Below are positions 28,187 through 36,316 of a stretch of 64,000 nucleotides of DNA, one piece after another. Source of the stretch: a virus. Its lineage: Duplodnaviria > Caudoviricetes. A program made the translations under genes and the position numbers. Where the stretch lies: IMG/VR virus record IMGVR_UViG_3300029288_000164, positions 6,754 through 70,753 of that record. The stretch is one strand, 5' to 3'. Each line of letters opens with the position of its first letter. Position 1 is the stretch's first letter. The notes under the pieces were generated by a model. That model was not told the DNA's origin, ran no database searches, and saw nothing but the letters and a program-made list of their open reading frames with translations.

Positions 28187-28680
28187 TGATGAAAAGCATA
28201 ACGGATCTTTCATTATCCAGAATTGCTGGTGGTATTGGCATGATTAAAGACGCTCAAATGGTAACGGATGAAAATGGTCAAGTTGTATATTTCGACCCAA
28301 ATACGATGGAACTCAATGAAGACGGAAATGCTGTTCCCAAAGGTACAGCAGTTGAACAAGGCCAGCAGGAAATCAAACCTGAGCCACCTAGAACGCCCCC
28401 AGATGAGGTTCCAGAGGTTCAGCCAGAGGTAGAGCCAGAGACAGGTACAGGGCTCCCAGTAATGATTCCTGTTGAGTCTAGTAATGTCTCCTCTTTTGGT
28501 TATGACGATGAAAAGCAAATCCTTTATGTGAGTTTCCTAAGCAAGAACAATGGGGCGGATCGTTTGTACAGCTATTACGATGTTGAGCCCGATGTGTACA
28601 CCGCCTTCATGGAAAGTACATCAAAAGGCGATTTTGTCTGGAAATACTTGAGAAATCGTTACAACTACGCCAGACTGTAA
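28183..28680 (+). CDS. KTSC-domain protein with acidic N-terminal region
   Basis: VESSNVSSFGYD...ILYVSF...YSYYDV...FMESTSKGDF...LRNRY. Confidence 0.85.
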   Translation: MMMKSITDLSLSRIAGGIGMIKDAQMVTDENGQVVYFDPNTMELNEDGNAVPKGTAVEQGQQEIKPEPPRTPPDEVPEVQPEVEPETGTGLPVMIPVESSNVSSFGYDDEKQILYVSFLSKNNGADRLYSYYDVEPDVYTAFMESTSKGDFVWKYLRNRYNYARL

Positions 28681-28749
28681 GATTAGTCCTCTCCTTTAAT
28701 ACCCCAACAGTTTTTCCTTTATACTAAATCCCGACAGGAGTATTGAATC

Positions 28750-29406
28750 ATGACTACTAACTGGGGACCCATCGTTTTTCCAACGGCACTCGATACATTT
28801 GCCCCTTTAATGATCGATAATGTTGACGAAGTAATTGCTAATCACCCAAATTCTCTTGCGGGTGCGATCCTAGCATTAGAAAATAAATTAAACATAGATA
28901 ATGACCCTATTATTGGCACAGGGGGTCTGCAATTCGATTCAACAGGTAATCCAGCAAATCCTGGTGCAGTAGGTGAGCCAACTTTATGGATAGATAATCT
29001 GTCACCAACTACGCTATGGTTTACCGATGATTTGGGAACAGATTATGACCTACTTGCAGGTGTCGGATTCGGTATTGGCACATCTTACATAAAAGGCGTC
29101 CCAATTGCCCTTGGTGATCTTGTCCATGTTTCTGCCGCTGATACAGTAATTCTTGCTGATGCTATTGTAGGTGATCTTGCTCATGGAATGGTAATAGCCG
29201 ATCACGGACCAACAGTTGATATTGTCTATACGGGTAGAGAAATCGTGAATCCTGCGTGGGTACTTGTTCCGGGTACGATGTATTATTTGGACACAGCAGG
29301 AGGATTTGCAACAGCTCCCCCAGTTGGTTGGACAGTTCAGCAAGAAATTGGCTTTGCACGGGATACAACAACAATGGTATTCCGGCCAACTTTGACAACT
29401 ACATAA
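28750..29406 (+). CDS. Putative virion structural protein (fibre / decoration-like)
   Basis: FPTALD N-terminus and a C-terminal GDLV..S...LADA...PG..YYL...G...AP...IGFA module seen in phage structural proteins. Confidence 0.55.
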   Translation: MTTNWGPIVFPTALDTFAPLMIDNVDEVIANHPNSLAGAILALENKLNIDNDPIIGTGGLQFDSTGNPANPGAVGEPTLWIDNLSPTTLWFTDDLGTDYDLLAGVGFGIGTSYIKGVPIALGDLVHVSAADTVILADAIVGDLAHGMVIADHGPTVDIVYTGREIVNPAWVLVPGTMYYLDTAGGFATAPPVGWTVQQEIGFARDTTTMVFRPTLTTT

Positions 29407-29781
29407 ATGAAAAGTTTTAAAATAAATTTCAAAGATATTCCAACTGCTCTTTTGAAAGAAAAAGAGGGGATGCTTGTACTAACATTAGATATTCCTTCAT
29501 TGATGGGAAGAAAAAGGTTTTATTTAAAGGATGGGGATGAAGTTCAAGCAATAGATAAAATTATGGAAATGTCTTTGGAAAGCTATGAGTGTCCAAAACT
29601 CCCGGTTACTAGAATTTCCAAGGAACAAAAAGAAAAATATGAAACTTCTGTATCGAATTTGAAATTTAATAAAGATGGAAATTTGAGAAAAGGTCAAGTG
29701 GAACCCCAATTGATTCCACAACCAGTTTTTTATGATGTTGCAGATGTCAAAGGTAAAAAACCCTTTACTGAGGTGTTTTAA
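29407..29781 (+). CDS. Hypothetical protein
   Basis: Abuts both neighbours; 124 aa. Confidence 0.55.
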   Translation: MKSFKINFKDIPTALLKEKEGMLVLTLDIPSLMGRKRFYLKDGDEVQAIDKIMEMSLESYECPKLPVTRISKEQKEKYETSVSNLKFNKDGNLRKGQVEPQLIPQPVFYDVADVKGKKPFTEVF

Positions 29782-32700
29782 TGGCCGATGTAAAAGCATT
29801 AGTACGTCCCTCTGGTCAAGTCCGCGATTCTTTGGATGCGGATAAGCTCCTTATTGGCGGTATTGATTATGGTATTGCTGGTGGTACGCTAACTCTTGGG
29901 ACAGTCAATGCCACAGCTTTGTCAATTGGTTCTCCAGGTGTTGTTGCCACCGTATTGGGTGATTTGAGCGTTAACGGGATATTTACAATTGTCGATGGTG
30001 GATCGATGATTGGTGATGGAGATATTACTCTTGGTGGTGGGGATGGGGACACAATTACATTAGGGGGTTCTTGGGTAACAGCAGACGATATAGTTAATAT
30101 AGGAACCGTGAATGGGATTCATAATACAACAGTAAATTTGCGTTGTAATATGGGTGTTTTGCAGGATAAGCGTATTAATTTTGATAGAACGGCAGATTCA
30201 GAAGGCGCTTTGTTGTTGCCTGATACTAAGGATGCTCCTGTTGGTTTGGCAATGGGTATGGTTCGTGTTAATGGTGCAGGTTTTCTTCAATATTATAATG
30301 GTGCTGCTTGGGTAACCGTAGTTTCAACGGCTTATACTTTGGACGATGCTTATGATGCTGGTGGTGCGGGAGTTGGGCGGTCCATTACGGCGGATAGCGG
30401 GGCGGTGGACATTAGTGTTCCCGTGGCGGTCAACGGCACGGCCCTGGCTTTGCACCAGTTGATGCCTGCGGCAACGGCCAACGTGATGACGATCGAGAAC
30501 CTGGGGGCTGGCGGGGCCAGTTTGGAGTTGTTAGGTACTCGTCGTCTTATTCAGACTACGGCTGCGGATATGACAGTTGGACTTACATCGAATGATGCCA
30601 ATCCTTATACATTGCACATCACGGCGGCCAATGCCGGGGCGGGGACTGCGGGTATCGGAATCCTAGCCAAGAACACTCTCGGCATCGAGTCCAGCGCGGG
30701 GAAGACAGTGATCCATGGGTATAACGACGCTGGGACAGCCATCGAGATTGATTCGACTCTTAACGCGGGTGGTATTCTAATTGGGTGCAACGCCACTACG
30801 AGCCAGATTGGTTTGGGCACGAACGGCGCGCGCAGTATCTACGTCGGGAGCACGGTGGCGTCGTCGTTGCAACTAGTGTCGTTGCAGACCATGTTGCAGG
30901 TGACGGCCAACGATGCTCTTGCTAGAACCCTCACAATTTCATCAACCAACGTCGGGGCGGGAACTGCAATTCTAAATATTGATGCCGATGATGCGATCAC
31001 AATGGACTCGGCTGTGGCCGGGATTTCGTTGGATGCCGTGACCGCTTCTAATTTCACAGTGTCAGCAGGCGTGCTCACTCTTGCCGGTGTTTATGGCATA
31101 GAGCTGTTGACGGACGCGAATGATGCCTTGGCTCGTGCAATGACAATTCGTGCCACCAATGTTGGAGTTGGGACATCGATTATCAACATTGATGCAAAGA
31201 ACACGATAACTATTGATGCGGGTGATGGCATTTCTATTGACGCTGGTGGGGCCTCGAATTTCTCGACGTCAGCCGGTGCGCTCACATTGGAAGGTGTCGG
31301 AGTCGATGTGAACTCGACAGGTGCCGTGACCATCGATTCTACTGCTGGGACAATTGGCATTGGCACTGGCGCAGATAACTTTGCGGTGAATATAGGTACG
31401 GCAGGGGACCGCACTGTGAAGTTGGGTAGCGGGACAGGCGTCTCGGCCACGACTATTTATTCCGGTACTGGCGCACAGACGTTCACGGCTGGAGGCGCAT
31501 GGGATGTCAACGCGACTGGCGCAGTAACACTCGATTCAACAGGCGGCACGATAGGACTCGGTACAGGAGCGGATAACTTCGCTGTTAATATTGGAACCGC
31601 TGGAGACAGAACTGTAAAACTTGGAAGTGGTACCGGGGTTTCCGCAACGACAATCTATTCCGGAACCGGGGCCATGACGTTCACTGCCGGTGGTATTTGG
31701 GACGTCAATGCCACGGGCGCCGCAACAATCAGCGGAGACACGATTGCGATAACGGGCACTGGTCTTAGTGGAAACATGCAAATCCAGATGACGGCCAATG
31801 TCGCGGCCCTCCGGGATTTGCAGATTGATGTCGAGAACACGAATGCCTTGGGGGCACGGATTACGTTCAGCGACAGTTGGCAGAAGGACTCGGCAGGGGC
31901 TGGCGGATATTCCGTTGCCATGCCTTACGCCACTACTGCTGTCGAATGGACTTCATTTAAAACGAACTTTGGTGACGGTACGAGTTTGATCGCTGCGACT
32001 AATGCTTGCTCTCCAACATCGATAGGTCTTGCTGGTCTTACTCCCGGTCGTGTCGTTATTGTTGGTGCTGGTCCGGTGTTGGCCGATGACGCGGATCTGA
32101 CTTTCAACGGAACGGATTTGAACGTTAATGGCAAGCTCACACTCAACAGCACGACAGTCGCTTGGTATCCATCTGCGCTTGTTACGGGAACACTCATCTA
32201 TGGTAATGGAGCTGCTGGGATTGCTGTCGGTGGTGATACAAACACAATCGTTGGTATTGAGGCAGGAAATTCACTTACGACAGCGCAGGACAACACTTTT
32301 GTTGGTTATCGCGCTGGCTTTACAATGGCGACGGGTACGAATCGCCATGTTGTTGCTGTTGGAAGTTATGCTGGATATACCACTACAGGATTAGGGGATT
32401 GTTGTATTGGATATGGTGCAGGTCAGCGGCATAACGGGTCTTATGGAACGTTCCTTGGTTATTTAGCAGGATATGGAGCGGCTGGTTATAATGCTGGGAA
32501 TGTCGTGGTTGTCGGTTACAGGGCCGGATATAGTCTCGGTGCTGGTGCAAGTTACAACGTGTACATTGGATCTGATTGTGGGTATAACGCTACAACTGGA
32601 GTTAGTAATCTTTTCGCGGGGCAAGAAGCAGGGAAAGGTGCTGGAGCATATACCGGTGCCGACTACAACGTCTGTTTAGGCTACCGCGCAGGATACGTGC

Positions 32701-35036
32701 TCGGGGATGACGCCGATTCCAACGTCATGCTCGGTCCACTGGCAGGATCGAAGCACACAACAGGCGACAATCAACTCTACATAGCCAATTCCGCAAACAC
32801 CTCGCTCATCTACGGTGATTTCTCGGGGAACAAACTCGGCCTGTGCTGGGACACCAGTGCGGCGGCTCCAACTCTGCCAACGTATGACCTATCTCTTTGG
32901 GGATCTGCTGCCCGTGAATTAGGTGTAATGCGCCATGCAACGGCGGATACGGCAGGCAACTCGCTAACGCTTCGTGGTGGCGGTGCAACGGTAGGGGCTA
33001 CGAACAAGGCCGGTGGAAATCTCAATCACTATCCTGGTGTCAGTACAGGCAGTGGTACATCAGACACCGTGTTCTATGCTTATCCGGGGATCGCTGCGGC
33101 AGCGGTGGATAACGCTCCAGTAGAAGGTGCGAGAGTTACATATCAAGGGGTCACGGTTCCCGAAGGCTTGTACTACCGCTACGGCGCAGGCATTCTCGCA
33201 TATGCCCAAACGGCGTTGCACAATTATTATTTCGGCAGTGCGGGGAACCTGACGACGACTGGCGAGAAAAATACTGTTGGCGGAGACAGCGCGGGGATTG
33301 CACTGGCCGCACTTGCTCACGGAAACACAATGTGGGGTGCTTCGGCTGGTTACAACTCCAGCACCGGCACCTACAACGTCTTCGTTGGAATGGAAGCTGG
33401 GTATGGGAGCGGTGGTGTTTACGACGGTTCCAACTACAATGTCGCAGTCGGTTACCGGGCCGGTTACGACATTGGTGCAGCGGCGTTGAACAACACGCTG
33501 ATCGGTGCCCACTCCGGTCAGAATCTTACTACTGGAGATCTGAATGTCTTTGTTGGTAGTTCGTCCGGAACTGCTGCGACGACGCTATCTTACACGACAG
33601 CCGTTGGAGCGTCTGCATTATTTTCAACAACGGGGGTATCGAATACAGCATTGGGTTATCTTGCTGGGTATTATAACCAAACTGGGGTTTGTAATGTATT
33701 TTTGGGTTATCAGGCCGGATACGGTTCCGCAGGCGTTGTGTACGATGGTTCAAGTTACAACACTTTCGTGGGCTATCGAGCCGGTTACGACATTGGCGCA
33801 GCGGCGTTGAACAACTCACTATTCGGTGCCTACGCGGGTGAAAATCTGACGACTGGGGATGGCTGCGTACTGCTTGGATACCAAGCGGGCTCTGCACTCA
33901 CGACTGAATCCAACAAGTTGTACATTGCCAATTCCAATGCCGGGGTTGGCTCCGTGCTGATGGTTGGCGACTTCTCTACCGGGCACATAGGATTTGGTAC
34001 TGCGGCGGCGACTTCTGTTATCGACATTGAGCACCTGGGTGCTGTGACCTCCGACGTTGATTTCTTGGAGTTGACGAACACGGCTAACCAGGACGGCGGC
34101 GCTGGCGGGATGATAAACACCCGCACGTCGATTCTTTGGAACCAGTGGTACTACGACGGTGTTACCCCAGCAGTGGCCGATGCCGCGAAAATTACTATTG
34201 GTACGGAGACGGATTGGACGTCTGTTGCCGGGACGCAAGATGCGTACATGTCGCTCTGTACGGCGTTGGATGGCACGGTGGCCGAGAGATGGCGCATTGC
34301 TTCTACGGGCGCGCTGAGCAATACAGGCGCGCTTGGGACCGCATACATACATCTCAAGGCGGGAGGGTCTACTGCAAATACTGCCCCACTTATGTTCACA
34401 GATGGCAGCACCTTGGCGACTATCCAGCGCGGTGCCATCGAGATGTACAAGTCTGCACTGTGGTTTCAACCCTGTGCCACGTTGATCAAACAGCATATGG
34501 ACGGAACGATTTTCAGTCAGACAACGGCGGTGACGGTTGCCAATACGGCCGTGGCAACTACGTTGATGGGTGCGGGTCGTGGCGGTGACGGTGCCGCGCC
34601 ACTCGATCTCCCGGCGGATTTCTGGACCCTTGCAGGGAAGACGGTTCATGTTTCTGCTCGCGGTTTCCTCAGTGCTACTGGCGGTGGCGCACCCACGGTT
34701 ATTTTCCACGTCGTGTTGGAAGATGCGGACACTACGAAGGTCGTAGTCGCTGCTGCGGCACTTGGTGTTGTTGGAAGAACGAATATGGGTTGGGAGATCG
34801 AAACGGATATTACTTGCTACTCTACCGGGGCCGCAGGAAACTTCTGGGGTCAGGGATTTGCCAAGATCGCGTCCAGCACTACTGCCGCCGACGTGTTGCA
34901 GATGGTGAACACGGCTGTTACCGCCAACATCGATACGACAAACGCCACAACGCTTGATGTGAAAGTCACCTGGAGTGATGCAGACGCCGGAAACACTGCC
35001 ACTTGTACGAATCTGACGGTCAAAGTTAGTGACTAA
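29781..35036 (+). CDS. Long fibre / adhesin-like virion protein (1751 aa)
   Basis: G/A/T-rich; 66-aa tandem repeat; many N-x-x-(V/F)-G-Y-x-A-G repeats of the trimeric adhesin-head type. Confidence 0.85.
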   Translation: MADVKALVRPSGQVRDSLDADKLLIGGIDYGIAGGTLTLGTVNATALSIGSPGVVATVLGDLSVNGIFTIVDGGSMIGDGDITLGGGDGDTITLGGSWVTADDIVNIGTVNGIHNTTVNLRCNMGVLQDKRINFDRTADSEGALLLPDTKDAPVGLAMGMVRVNGAGFLQYYNGAAWVTVVSTAYTLDDAYDAGGAGVGRSITADSGAVDISVPVAVNGTALALHQLMPAATANVMTIENLGAGGASLELLGTRRLIQTTAADMTVGLTSNDANPYTLHITAANAGAGTAGIGILAKNTLGIESSAGKTVIHGYNDAGTAIEIDSTLNAGGILIGCNATTSQIGLGTNGARSIYVGSTVASSLQLVSLQTMLQVTANDALARTLTISSTNVGAGTAILNIDADDAITMDSAVAGISLDAVTASNFTVSAGVLTLAGVYGIELLTDANDALARAMTIRATNVGVGTSIINIDAKNTITIDAGDGISIDAGGASNFSTSAGALTLEGVGVDVNSTGAVTIDSTAGTIGIGTGADNFAVNIGTAGDRTVKLGSGTGVSATTIYSGTGAQTFTAGGAWDVNATGAVTLDSTGGTIGLGTGADNFAVNIGTAGDRTVKLGSGTGVSATTIYSGTGAMTFTAGGIWDVNATGAATISGDTIAITGTGLSGNMQIQMTANVAALRDLQIDVENTNALGARITFSDSWQKDSAGAGGYSVAMPYATTAVEWTSFKTNFGDGTSLIAATNACSPTSIGLAGLTPGRVVIVGAGPVLADDADLTFNGTDLNVNGKLTLNSTTVAWYPSALVTGTLIYGNGAAGIAVGGDTNTIVGIEAGNSLTTAQDNTFVGYRAGFTMATGTNRHVVAVGSYAGYTTTGLGDCCIGYGAGQRHNGSYGTFLGYLAGYGAAGYNAGNVVVVGYRAGYSLGAGASYNVYIGSDCGYNATTGVSNLFAGQEAGKGAGAYTGADYNVCLGYRAGYVLGDDADSNVMLGPLAGSKHTTGDNQLYIANSANTSLIYGDFSGNKLGLCWDTSAAAPTLPTYDLSLWGSAARELGVMRHATADTAGNSLTLRGGGATVGATNKAGGNLNHYPGVSTGSGTSDTVFYAYPGIAAAAVDNAPVEGARVTYQGVTVPEGLYYRYGAGILAYAQTALHNYYFGSAGNLTTTGEKNTVGGDSAGIALAALAHGNTMWGASAGYNSSTGTYNVFVGMEAGYGSGGVYDGSNYNVAVGYRAGYDIGAAALNNTLIGAHSGQNLTTGDLNVFVGSSSGTAATTLSYTTAVGASALFSTTGVSNTALGYLAGYYNQTGVCNVFLGYQAGYGSAGVVYDGSSYNTFVGYRAGYDIGAAALNNSLFGAYAGENLTTGDGCVLLGYQAGSALTTESNKLYIANSNAGVGSVLMVGDFSTGHIGFGTAAATSVIDIEHLGAVTSDVDFLELTNTANQDGGAGGMINTRTSILWNQWYYDGVTPAVADAAKITIGTETDWTSVAGTQDAYMSLCTALDGTVAERWRIASTGALSNTGALGTAYIHLKAGGSTANTAPLMFTDGSTLATIQRGAIEMYKSALWFQPCATLIKQHMDGTIFSQTTAVTVANTAVATTLMGAGRGGDGAAPLDLPADFWTLAGKTVHVSARGFLSATGGGAPTVIFHVVLEDADTTKVVVAAAALGVVGRTNMGWEIETDITCYSTGAAGNFWGQGFAKIASSTTAADVLQMVNTAVTANIDTTNATTLDVKVTWSDADAGNTATCTNLTVKVSD

Positions 35037-35052
35037 AAGGAAGGAAAATAAT

Positions 35053-35523
35053 ATGCCCCCTAAATCAGCACAACGCTTACTCTGTGAAGAAGTTACTGGA
35101 ACTATCCCTGTTGATCATCCTTGTGCCAGATGGTTTTCTTCTATTGAAAGATCTGTTATTGAACTTTCACATCAAGTTGAAAATGTTGCGTTAGATGTCA
35201 AGGATCTAGCCACAAAAGTAATTTCTCAAGAAGCTATGATGAAAATGTGGAAAGAAGAGTTTTTCCCCCAGGTTAAATCTTTACCTGATAAAATTGATGA
35301 AGAAATTGAGGATCATAAAGAAAACTGTCTTGCCCACCGTAGAGCACAGTTACAAGCAGAAGATATTACAAATACTGGCATAAAACTTCCTAGTAGGATG
35401 CCAAAAGAAGATAAGAAAGGCTTTTCTATACCAAAAATAGTTATCTATATTGGTGTAGTGGTAGGAACGGCTATCGCAATAGGCGGTTATGTTTTAGCTT
35501 ATCTTTTTGAGAAGCTTAACTAA
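35053..35523 (+). CDS. Membrane-anchored hypothetical protein (possibly holin-like)
   Basis: Coiled coil plus C-terminal TM helix IVIYIGVVVGTAIAIGGYVLAYL. Confidence 0.55.
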   Translation: MPPKSAQRLLCEEVTGTIPVDHPCARWFSSIERSVIELSHQVENVALDVKDLATKVISQEAMMKMWKEEFFPQVKSLPDKIDEEIEDHKENCLAHRRAQLQAEDITNTGIKLPSRMPKEDKKGFSIPKIVIYIGVVVGTAIAIGGYVLAYLFEKLN

Positions 35524-35588
35524 AGTTTCTCGTAATATAAAGCAAAGGTGTAGAATTTCTCTCACCAAAACACGAAAGGTTTATTAAA

Positions 35589-36107
35589 ATGAAATTCACA
35601 AAAGCACAAATTTTGAACTTTGAGCCATTTCTTGCCCGTTTTGTTGGTTTTTCAAAGGATGGCAAATTTATGGCTAATGTTAGTGATGGAGGCCTTTCTT
35701 GGGGTTTTGGCCGTAATGCTGTAATTTTCAAGAATGTCTTTAAAACAATTCATGAAGAACTGGAACTTACTGAACCTTCTGAAGAAATGAAGAAGTATGA
35801 CGAAGCACGGGTAGCTTATCTTACTGAAAATGATAAGTTGAGTGATGAGGAAAAGACAGTAAAGGTGGATGCACTAATTGAGGAATTCAAGGTTAGAGAA
35901 GAACTTAATGAACGGGTAGCAAAGATTAATGAAATCCTGAATGAAGAGGTTGAGGTAAAGGCTTTCAGAATTAATCGAAATAAAGTGAGTGGTATGCGTG
36001 ATGGTGATGATCCTAGCAAATGTGTACTGACCGCAAGGGATAGTGCATATTTGCAGGATTTGGGGCTTTTGTATGATCCGAGTGATGAAGTAGTGGAAAA
36101 AGAGTAA
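35589..36107 (+). CDS. Hypothetical protein (possible fibre chaperone)
   Basis: Helical 172 aa directly after the fibre; positional inference only. Confidence 0.55.
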   Translation: MKFTKAQILNFEPFLARFVGFSKDGKFMANVSDGGLSWGFGRNAVIFKNVFKTIHEELELTEPSEEMKKYDEARVAYLTENDKLSDEEKTVKVDALIEEFKVREELNERVAKINEILNEEVEVKAFRINRNKVSGMRDGDDPSKCVLTARDSAYLQDLGLLYDPSDEVVEKE

Positions 36108-36316
36108 GTAGTTTATTGGTTAAGGTTTGCCGGTGGTTGGTAAGGTGCGGGGTTTGGTGTAGTACATAAAGGAACAATAGCGAAATGTGGGAAAAGACTA
36201 AGCGGAGTTTAGACGAATCGATGCCACGGCTTGTGACTTCCAACAGGGATTATCAACAGCGGGAGTTGATGAAGTCTGTTCTCCCTAAAGGTTGTAATTT
36301 GATGGAAGGCGGTAAC

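Noticed and set aside
33459-33815. Near-identical repeats in the fibre as a DGR template/variable repeat pair
   Set aside because: Both copies are in frame inside the gene, the difference is T/C rather than adenine-specific, and no reverse transcriptase is in the window.
33819-34709. 296-aa minus-strand ORF within the fibre gene
   Set aside because: Antisense shadow of GC-rich Gly/Ala/Thr codons; Arg/His-rich with no RBS.
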